64,000 bases of DNA from Chrysomallon squamiferum (lineage: Eukaryota > Animalia > Mollusca), in contig CM022676.1 of assembly GCA_012295275.1 (NCBI GenBank), positions 13,640,001 through 13,704,000 of the forward strand, given 5' to 3'. The translations under genes and the position numbers were made by a program. The notes under the pieces were generated by a model. The model did not search any database. It worked only from the letters and a program-made list of their open reading frames with translations, and was not told the DNA's origin. Numbering within the stretch: the stretch's first letter is position 1; the number at the start of each line of letters is the position of its first letter. Below are positions 51,501-64,000 of this stretch, piece after piece.

Positions 51501-54112
51501 CAAGCACCATATTTACCACTGTGAACAAGCAGTGCAACAGCGCTGGCTGCTACTAGCAGTAGCTTGTGGCAAGCGTTGTTATTTTTAGAATAAATGCCCT
51601 TGCAGCGTTATTTTTAGAACAGTCTGCCAACCATGACGTAAGTAGCTAACATAGCCTGTATGTGCTCTTTTTCACATCCCTTTGGCCTATTAGCCTACTT
51701 TGTAAGAAATCAGGAAGTTAATTGTTCCAGCTTTGACTTTCAGTATTTTACTGAGCATGTAAGAGACAATACGCACATTGGATTTTCTTCTCAGAAGCAG
51801 CAATAATTTTATTTTTTTCTCTACCTTATCAGTTAAAATGTCTCCAACGAAAAGGAGAAAAGTAGATGATGAATGCCGAGTTTTTAAGGAGGAATGGACA
51901 TATCAATATTTTTTCACTGCGGTAAATGGGAAAGCAGCGTGTTTAATTTGTAATGAGGGAATATCAGTTTTTAAAGAATATAATTTGAAAAGACACTATA
52001 ATACAAAACACGCTGGATACAGTGAAGGACTATCAACAGAGCAAAAGGTTAATAAAGCTGCTGATATGGTGAACAATCTAATAAAGCAACAGTAGCTTTT
52101 TTCAAAGACACAATCCATTCACATTTCAGCAACAGAAGCTAATTTTTATATTAGTTACAAAATTGCACAATGCAAAAAACCTTTTTCTGATGGAGAATTT
52201 GTAAAAGACTGCATTGTGGATGCGGCACGCATACTTTGTCCAGAAGCACAGAATAAATTTGAGAATATTGCACTATCAAGGAATACAGTTATGAGAAGGG
52301 TACAAGATATCAGCAAAGATTTGTCCCAACAGCTTCACACTGCTTGCACTGATTTCATGTGGTTTTCATTAGCTCTGGATGAAAGCAATGATGTTCAGGA
52401 CATTGCACAACTCATGATATTTATACGTGGTATCAAGTCAGATTTTACAATTTCAGAGGAGTTGTTATCAGTTGAACCTTTAAAAGGCACAACTACGGGG
52501 GAAGACCTGTGTAAATGTGTAATAAAGTGTGTGGAGGAGGCTGGCCTGCCGTGGAATAAATTTGTGAGTATCACTACTGACAGTGCACCTGCTCTAACTA
52601 GAAAAAAACAAAGGCATGATTAGCCTCCTACAAAAGAAGATTAAAGAAAACTGTCCTCAGAATGAAATATGGAAATTTCATTGTATCATTCATCAAGAAA
52701 GTTTATGCAAGTCAGCTCTGGATTTTAATCATGTGATACGTCCTGTAGTTGAAGTAGTTAATCTACTCAGATCCAGACCATTATCACACAGACAATTCAA
52801 GACATTACTGGATGATATTGAGACTGAATATAAAGATGTGCTATATCACAATAGTGTTCGGTGGCTTAGTCATGGGAAAGTTCTAAGAAGAGTCTTTGAA
52901 CTAAGAGACGAAATTCTCCTTTTCCTTGATATCAAACAAATGAAATGTGATTTTATAGAGAAGATGAAAAATGATTACTGGCTTTGTGATTTTATGTTTG
53001 CCACTGAAATGTTTGAAAAGCTCAATTCTCTAAATTTGGAATTGCAAGGAAAAGGATTATTTGTGTATTATATGTACACCAAAGTAAAAGCTTTTGAGGC
53101 AAAGCTCTCACTTTTTGCCAAACAGATATCAGAATGTAATTTTATTCATTTTTCTTTGCTAAGGAAGGCAACAGTAGATAGTAAACTTGCTGAAAAATAC
53201 AGCAATCAACTCTGCATCTTGAAACAAGAATTCCAAAGAAGATTTTCAGACTTCAGAGTAATGGATTCATCATTTAATATACTTGTTTCACCCTTCAGTA
53301 CAGAAATTGAGACAGCCCCTGATGTTCTTCAGCTGGAACTAATAGATCTACAAGCTAATAATGAGCTGAAAATGAAGTTTAGGAATATGCCTTTGGTAGA
53401 ATTTTTCAAATATTTGCCTGCTGAAAAGTTTATCAATCTACGAGGTTTTGCTACTAGGATGCTGTGTATATTTGGATCAACTTATATTTGTGAACAGACT
53501 TTTTCATGCTTAAATCAAACAAAGTCAAAAAACAGATCAGTATTGTCAGATGCAAATTTACAAGCAATTATGAAAGTTTCGACAACTAGTTTTACTCCAG
53601 ACTTTAAAAGGCTTGTTCAAAATTGTGGACAGTTGCATTTATCTCATTGATATATAAACCTTTTATTAAATACAAGTGTAAACAAGATGGTGTTATTTAT
53701 TGTTATTCTACTACAATAATATATATTTTAATAAAGATGGCAACCAGTTACGACAAATTTTACGTAAATTTCATTTAATCCGGCCCTCCAGTGGCAAGAA
53801 AGTTGCAAATTTGGCCCTCTGGTAAAAAAGTTTGGCCACCCCTGGAATAATCTATGGTAAATGAAATAATTATTTTTATATCATTAAGAACAAACTAGTT
53901 GACAGTAACAGAGAAAGAACTCCAAACTATATCTTTTTACTCATTAAAAAAAAGATTACAAATATTTTTTTTAAAATTAATATTTACTTCAAAGACAATC
54001 TTTATATATTTTACCTATTCTCTCAAAAACTGTATTTAACATACTCACCCAAAATAAGTTTGACTGTAACCAGACATATTAAAATAGGAGTGTTTTTCAG
54101 TGACATGATCAT
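39140..54112 (-). CDS. Gene C: two-Ig type I membrane protein with long Ser/Asn/acidic cytoplasmic tail
   Basis: Candidate leader 54112-54049 (MIMSLKNTPILICLVTVKLILG); Ig exons 42142-41834 (309 nt) and 40662-40363 (300 nt); TM+tail exon 39687-39140 (VISVTGLCIIITCCLISL-RNQ..., in frame with ORF 39140-39577). All phase 1. The leader assignment across 12 kb is uncertain. Confidence 0.6.
40363..40662 (-). CDS. Gene C Ig exon 2 (C2-like)
   Basis: QLTCSTNLCRPEAVITW...EDNGKSLVC; aag acceptor, gtaggt donor. Confidence 0.8.
41834..42142 (-). CDS. Gene C Ig exon 1
   Basis: SITLTC...IQW...FNLTINNIDFCYNGTEWKC; tag acceptor, gtaaaa donor. Confidence 0.8.
43297..43580 (+). repeat. (GTA/GTG)n low-complexity tract
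   Basis: Directly visible; explains the overlapping Thr/Val/Ser/Tyr-rich ORFs. Confidence 0.8.
45850..47600 (-). mobile_element. Degenerate I/Nimb-like LINE (endonuclease + RT)
   Basis: IQSNCLGLRPSFDELNLLIEKYNPSAVCLQET (APE N-terminus); DHFPII; GPNKIHYKLL; GFRSRH...DHFVRFETF; YITTWKYDIL; GISQDIILSVTLFSVKINSI. Confidence 0.8.
50023..51411 (+). repeat. Segmental duplicate copy 2, truncated exactly at the hAT left TIR
   Basis: Colinear with 35654-37014; similarity stops at atctacag immediately before CAGTGGTGGCCAAACT. Confidence 0.9.
51412..53844 (+). mobile_element. Full-length hAT DNA transposon, Buster group (GTF2IRD2/Charlie/SPIN-like)
   Basis: 16-bp TIRs CAGTGGTGGCCAAACT (51412) and AGTTTGGCCACCCCTG (53829-53844), one mismatch; subterminal cggcccgcgggcc motifs; internal transposase. 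Confidence 0.92.
51838..53650 (+). pseudogene. hAT transposase with one nonsense codon and one frameshift
   Basis: MSPTKRRKV (NLS-like); BED finger CLIC...KRHYNTKH; ALDES, TTDSAP, HCIIHQE, VRWLS, STYICEQTFS; TAG at 52093-52095; frameshift in the A-run near 52602-52612. Confidence 0.88.
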
Positions 54113-56455
54113 CTTATCTGTAATAAAGAAAATGACAATAACCATTTAATGTCAGAAAATACAAACAAAACTGGACTTTAAATTTTAGTAATGTTTAATT
54201 TAATTAAATCTTTTTAACAAATTAGAAAGAAACAGCATACAGAGTTTAGTTGAAGATTGAAGATTTGTAGAAATATGTAATCTTTTACTTCTAAAAAGAT
54301 TTTCTAAAAACTGGTGAATAATAACAGTATTTTTTATATCTTCCTGTAATGGCTGATGTGGAGTAACATCAATTGTTATGCATACACAAAAGTGCAACAT
54401 TGAATTTGACTGTGAAAATAACTGTACTTGCAATAATAATGGAAGTAGCTTATCTTTTAGTTGATTATTACACAAAACAAATCTAACTTTAGTTTATAAG
54501 TATGAAAAAATGTATTTGCACTCTCTGGTTTTTTTTTTTTTGTTATAAATTTAATATTATTGCTGTTGTTGTTGGGACTCAGTAACATTTAAAAATATCT
54601 ATTAAACTTTATATGTGTTTTCATTTCACTTTAGAAAATGATGCTATACAATGTGCAAAAATAATTATAACTTTACAATAAATAAATAAATAAAATAAAA
54701 TAAAATAAAAAAAATAAAAGATAAGAAAAACAGTACATTTATTAATTACAAATTATTCTTACAAATCATTATGACTAGAAGATAGTTACATAACATTATA
54801 TGTTTTTAAGATGGGTCATTTTTTGGCACACACTTTCAATGATATTAGAAAATTACATTTGTCATGTAATGACACATAACAAATTTGAGGTTATAAAATT
54901 GTTTCTTGGAACAATACTCAAATCTATTTTTGCTGAATGCATTTAGAGTTTGTTCTTAAACCATACAATCAAGCCAGAGTTTTTCAATGTTATTATTATT
55001 ATTGTTGTTGTTGTTATTATTATTAAAATTAATAACAGAAGCCCAACAAATTTCTACCCACATCAATACAAATATTACAAATGAATTTATTAGTGCATAA
55101 TATGCTTATTAAACTAAAGTTTCGACTATTTATTTCTTTATTATCACCCAATAGCATGGAAAAAATCAACCCGAGCAATTCCAGTTTTCCATAAGTGGCT
55201 GAGTGATGCTATATATTAATATACATGTATGTAACAGTAATGCATGAATAAACTGTATTTACAAAAGTACTGTTAAGGTTTTTCTTAAAGCAATTATAGA
55301 GAACAAATAAATACGATGCCATTTTTTCCAAATCTGCACAGTGCCACTTCTTTCAGGTGCCATTTTTTCTGGTGTCAGTTTTTCCTACACCCACTCATCC
55401 ATTATTCCTCTTGGAAGCTATGATAAATGCATTTTGACAAATGGTATTAACATCTGAATGCTTATAATTGACTTATTCTCAGGTTTGATTATAATAAACT
55501 ATATATTAATATTACGTATAAGCACAATTGACACCAATCAATGACTAATTAACAGATAGCCAGAATGTGGGGTCTGAGATCTTGCAGCAGTGTTATGGGA
55601 GAAAGTAGGTCGCGCTGTTTCCAGTCAGGTAGCCAGCTGACCTTACAACTTAAGCCTTTGGGGATGAAAACCAATCTGTAACATACAGGATTTCATTTAT
55701 TACGGGTTTTAATACACATAATATATACATGTAAATTAGGGACCAAAAAACATCTGTGCAGCTTAATAATATAATACAATGTTGATCACACATACTCACA
55801 TATAAAAACGCTGTGAAATAAGAATATATTATTTTAAGCATAAGCTCATAATGCATTGTATTAATGTGTTCTCCATAGCTAACTTCAGCCAATTTAAAAA
55901 ATATTTTGTTTTGAAATTTTTAATCTCTATCTGCCCTTTCACCACCACCCATTCTCCAAACCTCTTTGTGACAGTTGTCTGGCAGGTGTCTGGCAGGTAC
56001 TAATGATAACAGATAGTAGAAGCATGCTGAATCATCTTTTGATCAAATTTTGATAATAAATCAGTAATTCTGTAGGCAAAATACAAAATTCGTAAATCGA
56101 GGTGTTAGAGCGAAACAAAGTTTTAGTTCTCTGGCATTTGCATATGTATTGACAGTTACACAGGTTTCTGAAATTTCACATGCTTAGAGCTTGCTTAGAG
56201 AATTTTTCAGCCCACCCCAAAAATCACTTACGGTATTTTGGCATTTGAAAATCACAGATTTAATAGTAAGAGTAAATAAGTCCTTTGGTATGTACTTATG
56301 TTTTGAATTAACTTACTGAGACATATAAATAAACAAGACATTTTTCGTAAATTCAAATTGCCGTAATACGGTAATATTTTGTCGTAGATGGTTAATGATT
56401 ATGTTTACGTGATGGACAATAAGTAGAATAAAAAATTAGTGTTAGTATTACATAC

Positions 56456-56998
56456 CTCACTTCCACTGGGAACAGAATCATGCACGAAAGTCTATGTTCA
56501 GTACCGGGAATAAAATGGGCGAGTCCAATATGATAACAGGAAAATAATATTCGGGATAAAGAACGCACTATTGCAAATTAAATAAAAAATAAAAATAAAA
56601 CTTAACGGACTTTTATAGCTACATTGATTTACATAGATATACTATTGTTAAATTATATCACTAAGAACTGATAATGAAGAAAATGATTTCGAATTTGGAC
56701 TTACATTATTTATGGAATAATCTTTCCCATCACCAAATAAGGGCTTTCAAAGAATTAGAAGCACAGTTTTCACACTGATATAAATGTATGAATATTGTTA
56801 ATACAATTACTAACAGATAAATTATGCAGCATGTTGTGAAACGTTATTTTATCAGTCTGTAGTAATGTGGACTATTCCAGACCACATCCGTCAAACGAAG
56901 CAAAAACACCGAGCGTCGTGCGAATAGCTTCTCTGTTGTTTTGTATTTGCTGATGTCAACTATCTTCTATTTGAAAATGCATGACTTCCAGAACTGAT
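56456..56998. promoter_or_regulatory. Possible bidirectional promoter with divergent non-coding first exons
   Basis: Visibly CpG-richer patch with a minus-strand donor (gag|gtatgt at 56455) and a plus-strand donor (gat|gtaagt at 56999); it lies between two divergent leader exons that both start with a splice acceptor. Confidence 0.3.
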
Positions 56999-58019
56999 GT
57001 AAGTGTAAACATTATTACTATTTGGTAATGTTGCGCTTTCAATCTATACCTTTTCAACAGGTGAACAGACGTTTTACTAAATGTTGAATTTGTTAGAATA
57101 TGTGATTAACAATTTTTAAGACGTTGTTCTGCTGCTTAAGCAGTGTAAAAAAAAAATAATAAAAAAAAAATATATATATATATATATATAAAAAGTAAAA
57201 ATAAGTTACTTGAAAATTTTTTTTTCATCGCAAATTGTCACCACTATTTGATAATAGCGCTGAAAATTATACTTTGTGCATCATTTGCCACACATTTTTC
57301 AACAACATATTATGATATTTTTTCTCTATCAGATACACCTTCAAGTCTCACATGTCCTGACTTTATGTTACATTACTTACAAATATGTCAACATAAATAC
57401 ACACATACCCGCCCAGTTCCACTGAATTATTTTATAACTTGTGCAATACTAGCATACATATGCATAAACATAATTACCATTTAAAAGTAAGATAAAACTT
57501 ATTTTGTAATATTAAATATGTCATACAATGTGTTGCAGATATGCATCTGATTATTTTCATACTTCTGCAAAACACATCAAATTTTTACCTTTGATATGCC
57601 AAACTTGGTAAAATCATTCATTTGCCATAGATTATTTACACAGTCAAATATTAAATATTGGAAAATTCATAACTATATGTTTACTACATAGTTTGAATGA
57701 AAAATTAGAGTGAAAAGATATATATATATATATTTTTGTTCAAGTCTCTGAGATAAAAGCATAGTGCTAATAAATGTTATATAACAATAATAATAATAAT
57801 TAGCCAAAAAAAAATGATTACGATCATACAATAAGATGCAAATTGTTCACCAGTTTTCATTTACTATTTTCATCTGAAATGGCCATTACTGAATGAGGAA
57901 GTTTGTACTGTCTGGGTGATACTATGTTTTTATTTATTATGTATGTAGAATCATGTTTTGAACCAAGCATAACAAGCAAAAATTTCAGTAGTTTTAGCAT
58001 GTTTTATTCTTATCAGGTG

Positions 58020-59800
58020 ATTAAGATCTGAAACATCAAGGGAAAGGAATCCAATAACACCATCATTTGTCTCTCAATGCTAGAAATGTCAAATCTCATC
58101 TGGAAGTTGCTAATGCATTGGCAGATAATTTTTCTCAACATTTTTCTGATGCTTTCATATTTATCTATAATAAAATAGAAAAACTGAATGTTAACTTTTC
58201 ATCTCAAAGTGCAAAAGTATATGACAGACCTTTTACTTTAGAAGAATGGCAGGATGTTCTGCTTTGAGAGCATAACATTTCAGCAGGCCCAGATGAAATA
58301 CACTATCAGTTACTTCAACATTCATCTTATTTTTCTTTCTTGCTTCTTCTAAACATTTAAAATAAAATCTGTATTTCTGATGATTTTCATTCTGATTGGA
58401 GGAAAGCAGTTGTCATTTTTGTTCCAAAACCTGGTAGGGATCCAACAAATCCTACTAATTACTGCCTTGACAAGTTGCATCTGCAAAACCAAGGAATGAA
58501 TCATCAACTGTACATGGCCATAACTACAGTGAAGCAAATGAGGCAAATGCCTCATACTGAATTTGATGATTTTAAAATCAATTTCTTTTTTACATAGATT
58601 TTATTTTAAAAATATAAAATATAAATCTCTATTCTGACAGAAATGAATTCATTTATGTCTGTGGTTATCGTTTGAAGTTCACCGACCTCATTGTGATGAA
58701 AGATATAACTGACTTCAAAGACCTCAGTTTTTGCCTCATTTCAAAAAGAGTCTAGTTACAGCCGTGTTTTATACTTGTTTGGTATCTAGTATCCTACAAA
58801 TTACTCTCAAATATGCAGTATTGGTTCATGTTCACTAATCGCACAATTTGAAATTTTTGGAGGAAAGCTTTCATCCATAATCAGAACATTGTTTTGATTT
58901 GGTTTTTGTAACTATATGGAAGATGAGATGATTCCATGACATATATCTAAGAGATTGCCTTCCTATTTTTCTGAGAAAAAACAACAAAAAAAAAAAAATA
59001 AATTAAAAACAGAGGTTTAAAGTCCAGTTGTTGTCTACATTATTAGATATGCATCTGCAAGAGATCGGTATACCTGAGGAAGGATAGCATCTTGCTAGTA
59101 GTGTTATTTTCTGTGAAAATTAACAGTATCATCCAATTTAAAACCCGGTGTTCAGGAGGAAAGAAAAGTTCTGGTGGGTTATATCTGACGAAAGATTACA
59201 CACTGTATCAGTGTATGTGATTTAAACAAAGGCCTTTAAGGCTCTCAAGATTCTAAAAGGAATTGGCTGTACTTAGAGGGGAGCAGACAGAACTGTTATG
59301 TTGATGTACACACACCTAGTTTTGGTGCTAGGTTGTGCAAAGGTATATCTGTAGTATACTGCCAAGACAAAATCATTACCAGAATATCCTACATATAATA
59401 TCATGTTTGATGTGAAGTTGTTTGAAGCAAAGCCAAGTTCACTTGTATACCTTTGGCCATTCACATCAAGCAGTTTTAATCTGTATCCAACAATGATTTT
59501 TTGGATATTTAGGAAACTCCTTCATATTTTGCCTTGATATATCAAACCTAAGATTGTGCTGGAGGTGCATGAATGATGAAATTGTCTTGTGTTGAAATTT
59601 CATCATATTTTACCCAATTATATATCTTAAAGAAAGATAGTCCCCTTCAGTGTGAGCTCTCTGTTGGTGAATCTTGATGGTTCAACACATTTTGTTTGAA
59701 TGAAATCATTTTACTGAGACAGGAAGGATATATTTGATACAAGGGTTGTGCTGGAATTCTTTAATTTCACATTTTTAATGGATTCTTTGTTTTGTAGTAA
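58020..59800 (+). mobile_element. Degenerate I/Nimb-like LINE fragment
   Basis: HLEVANALADNFSQ; SAGPDEIHYQLL; WRKAVVI..PKPGRDPTNPTNY..LTSCICKT; LFSVKINSII. Resembles the 45850-47600 element. Confidence 0.7.
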
Positions 59801-60306
59801 TTTTAAATATAATTTCAATGTCATACTTATATTTAGCCCAGTACTTTAGAGTGTTTTAAAAACTTTTGAAATGTTTACATTATTTTACTGTTTGATTTTA
59901 TATCAAAAATTTTCATTGTTTCTGTCTGAAAATATCTAGCCAGTTTTTCATGTTGGAGTTTTATTAAAATTTTATTCATTCTAGATATAAGTATAGCTTT
60001 AAGTAAGTTAGAATTTTAATTTCATGTAAGCACATACATCCATATATATACAGCCTGATATATATTCATATATAGACAGACATAGAAGTGTTCACAGAAG
60101 TTATGATCTATAATTAATGCTAATAAATGTATATTACATTTAAAATGAGGTGGTTATAATTTAATCAATGAAAAATCAAATTATGAAACTCCTTACTTTT
60201 ATACATTTCTACCAACTGCTACTGTAATATTATATTTAATTTTATTTTCCCTTATTTATATTTAGTGTTAATATTAAATCTTCTTTTTCTCACCTTTTTC
60301 AGTAAC

Positions 60307-62276
60307 ATGAATCCTAAGCTGTTCCTGCTGATATATTTATTACTTACTGAATGTGAAATTTGTTTTGGTATGTTCAAACTATATTTCCTAATTTAGTTAC
60401 ATATTATTAAAATACTTTTTATTGAAATCTGCTTTACTTGCATTTTTTATAAAATTATTTTTTATTCTGATTGCACGCACACATATATAAAATTTACTGA
60501 AAAATACTTTTATGTAAGAAATCTTCTTAGCAGTTTTTACTTATTTAGTTTTTAAATTTTTTAAAGTGTGTGTGTATATGTGATAGAGGTTGAGGTGTGA
60601 AAATAACACCAACTAAGTAAGTACCAGTGAAAGGACAGTAACCAGCTTGAAATATCTACTGATAATTTTTATGGATAACTGTAATCAGTACAAGAAGCTG
60701 AAAGCAACTTTAACATAGGTAAAAACAGACAATTTAAGAAATAAAGAAATATATTTATTGCACAGTTAAAATTTGTAGTACATTACTAAAATTGACCAGA
60801 AAAGCCAAATACAGAATATAAGGGTAGTATGTAACCAATACTCCAGATACATAGAGAAATACATTGAAGAAATTGTCAAGGGATTCATCTGTTACAGGTA
60901 GATAAAGAAAAAAAAGAAAAAAGATACCCTCCATAAATAATGTGCTTTTCTAGGGATCCATTCCTAGACATGTTATGGGAAAGATAGCAGTGGATATTAA
61001 TAACCATAATGTATTATGAGCAGAAATGTACTAATGAGACTTAATATTAATTCAAAATTTATTTTATTTTAGTTACAGCTCTTTCCTGTTTGCAATGGTT
61101 TCAAGATTAAGATATATTTTGAATGAAAGTTTTTAAGAAACTATATACTTGCTCTTGTGCTATAAATAAATGCAATTGAGCTGTGTTGATTAGTTTTTGC
61201 AGGAGCATATGATTAATTTGCATTTCACTTTTGTTTTTAACTATAATAAGATGTTTTGATAATGCATGAGTACTTTTACAGTCTTAACAAAAACAGTTTT
61301 GATTTTCTAGCATTATACATTATACATTATTATTCATCACTTTATAGTTATATCAATTTCTCTGATGCATTCCATCACATTTTCATCTGTTCACAAGGTC
61401 TGGTTATTATTATCTGCTCTTTTGCCATTGAAACTTTTACCATTAGAAGATATTAATTAATTATAATGAATGTAAAGAATTCCTTGTCTTTCTTCAAGAT
61501 CACTAACTCACAGAATAGCATTTAATTATATGTACAGGAAATAGACAAAGTAATTATTATACTTATAGTGTTTCCTACTCATTTTGTATTATGAACAGTG
61601 TTAAATCAAGTTAATATGATAGTATTTTCCAGAATTTGTTGTCAAAGATAGTCACTGAGTTAACTATTAACCACAAATATTTTTATTAATTTTGATTTCA
61701 AATGAGAATATTGTATTTTTATTACATCTCAAAAATAATAATAATCATCGTCATCAAGAAACATTAACCACATGGTCATTCAGCATCATGGTACAAAAAG
61801 CCCTATATTTTTTAAAATCAGACATTTTTCTTCTTTCTTTTTTCAAAGAGTATATTATGCAGATTCACTGCATGGTCTTTTTTTTTAGGAAGGATTTCTT
61901 AAACGGACATTTTGCATCTAGTAAAATTATCATTAAAATACATATAATATTACAATTAAGATACTGTAACATGGCACTTAAAATGAACAGCATAGAGGTT
62001 TTTGCTGTTTCAGTCTACACTGTTGATTTGCCTTAAGGCATTTTAGCTTAGTTAGTTGTACACCATGTTACATTCCGGAATAAACACTGCTGCAGCAGTT
62101 CTCTAGTTAGACTCAGGTGCTTTGTCATGGTGTTGATTTTCAAAAGATTTCTTGGCACCCTTGAAGTAACTAATAAACAACATTGCTAATTTTAATATAT
62201 AAATTAAAATTGTTTGTAAATTCAGAAACAAAAATTAATAGTCTTACTGATCTTTTCATATTGTTATAAAAATAAC

Positions 62277-62317
<41 letters not shown>

Positions 62318-62780
62318 TTTACCTTATAATCTCTAGCTGTTATACGTATGGGGTTGAGTGAGATGAAATTAAGATAATGATTTTTTTTAAATGTTCACGA
62401 TCTTGGATAACCCAGATTTGTTTTGAGATCACTGCAGTATTCATTTGATTGCACAACACAGCATCAAAGTTAACACTTTTTAAAAAATACTATTAGCAGG
62501 AAATAGAATTCTTACCACAGACAAGAAAATGCCAGTGCTTGGTCAGTCTCTTGTTTTCATCTACACAAACAGTGAAGAAGACATAACAGGAGATGTTTTT
62601 CATCAGGTGAACAGTGTGCTTCTGGATTTAATTACAATGTAACAAGACAGTCTACACGTGTCATAACTCTTGAGATTTCTTCTTTTAATAAAACAAAACA
62701 TGTAGGAACCTGGAGAGTTACTGAAATATATCAAAACATTGTGCATTCTCTGAGTTTAACACTTACAGCTCCTTTTGCAA
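60307..62780 (+). pseudogene. Gene E: signal-peptide exon plus frameshifted V-like Ig exon (probable IgSF pseudogene or 5' part of a gene)
   Basis: 60307-60367 MNPKLFLLIYLLLTECEICF-G|gtatgt; 62500-62780 (281 nt, not 3n) NRILTTDKKMPVLGQSLVFIYT.../SGEQCASGFNY...VITLEISSFNKTKHVGTWRV...SLTLTAPFA|gtaagt. Confidence 0.55.
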
Positions 62781-64000
62781 GTAAGTTCTTTGAGCAGTTG
62801 TTGTTGTTTTATTATTATTATGAAGTGTTACATTTCCAGGACTTTTTAATTTTATTTGTTTACTATTTAGATATATGCAGGCTTCAAGCAGGGGACAGGC
62901 GACCTCAGTGAAATAGTCATGTTTTTCTACCAAACTTTTCCTTACTTTAAACATAAAGACCACTACATGTACTGAACCTCACCGTGGTGTTCAGGTGGAA
63001 ACATTTCCAACGAGAATGGCTAATCAATACAGTTATCATCATCTTAACAAACTTGAGGGGTGTAGACACCTTATTTGCCATGAGATAGAACCCATAATAC
63101 TGACAACTTGATCCTGGTAGTTGATTTTGATATTCTGTGGCTTTTGAGTTGCAGGTTTCCATTCTGTATGCAAAAATTACTATATGGTGCTATTTCTGGG
63201 ACACGTTTATCTATTCTGTGGGCACTTACAGATGTGTTCAGCTAGGCGGGAGGGAACTTGGATCCAACTTGATTAAACTGGCTGGTCATTCCAAGTTCAA
63301 GAGTAACCATTATATACGTTGTTTACATTATATATTACCTTTTTCATGTGTTGCTCTTGGGGTGGTGGCTAGTTTCGATTCAGGTGATTTATTGTTTTAA
63401 TTGTCTGAGGATATCAGTCATGTATTTTTGGAACAAGTCTCTCCTGGCTATTTGCAGCATCATGTCGCCACCTTCCACAAACCATCTATTCCTGAATCAG
63501 TTGAGGCTTGGTATTAGAGTATAGCTGTCTGCCTTACATTCCAAACCCTCTGCTGTGTTTTAAATGCCAAACATTTGAACTCAGACAAAACAGGTCTTAA
63601 CAAATTGTCATGTGCTTGTTGTGTTCAGTTTGATCATGACAGCGAGGTGTGTCAGGTTGATGTGATAGGCAGCAGTAATAAGTGGAAGTACTTTGTATAT
63701 TAGCAAGAATGTCCAAGGTGAACAACTGAAACAGATGAATGTTGAAAAACATCTTGCAAAATATCTCTCATTTGTAGATGATAAGATGGAGGTCTCATCT
63801 CAACCAACACAGGATTAGATTAAAATAACTTCCATAGTTTTCCCATAATGGCAAATAAGTAGGATCCATAAAATCAATGAAAAGTAATCTAGTAATACTA
63901 TCAATCACTTCTCTGTCAATGACACAAATGTCACTTCTCAACGTGACATAGACTATACAGAGCCAGATCATTTTTTTTACAATTCTTTGGTTTTTGTGCA

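Noticed and set aside
62103-62336. Possible minus-strand 14-nt micro-exon plus terminal exon (RDYK / GAKKSFENQHHDKAPESN*)
   Set aside because: The phases fit, but the segments are short, the acceptor is weak and no upstream exons are identifiable, so chance is likely.
62860-63960. Higher-complexity stretch with short ORFs
   Set aside because: No recognisable motif or consistent exon structure; probably an unclassified decayed repeat.

Overview
AT-rich, intron-containing animal DNA with many (TAA)n/(TA)n microsatellites and decayed LINE, LTR and DNA transposons; probably an invertebrate, and a mollusc is my inference from the repeat landscape. It holds a cluster of immunoglobulin-superfamily (IgSF) membrane receptor genes, which I rebuilt by hand from GT-AG boundaries and exon phase. 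Main result: two convergent paralogues share a near-identical multi-Ig + FN3 ectodomain but have unrelated transmembrane/cytoplasmic exons. Gene A (+, 5784-21284) ends in tandem ITIMs (LLYVGI, VEYVSI, plus SQYSVV). Gene B (-, 35433 to ~25670) encodes a canonical ITAM (YEGL-x8-YTKL) in a short exon that is absent from the ORF track. This looks like an inhibitory/activating paired-receptor system, with signs of gene conversion, a divergent N-terminal domain, exon gain/loss and splice-site-derived minisatellites. Gene A carries several lesions and may be a pseudogene, a null allele or an exon-skipping form. Also present: a 2-Ig TM gene (C), a probable IgSF pseudogene (E), and a mutated Buster-type hAT transposon whose mismatched target sites mark a local rearrangement. 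All gene models are manual and lack transcript support.
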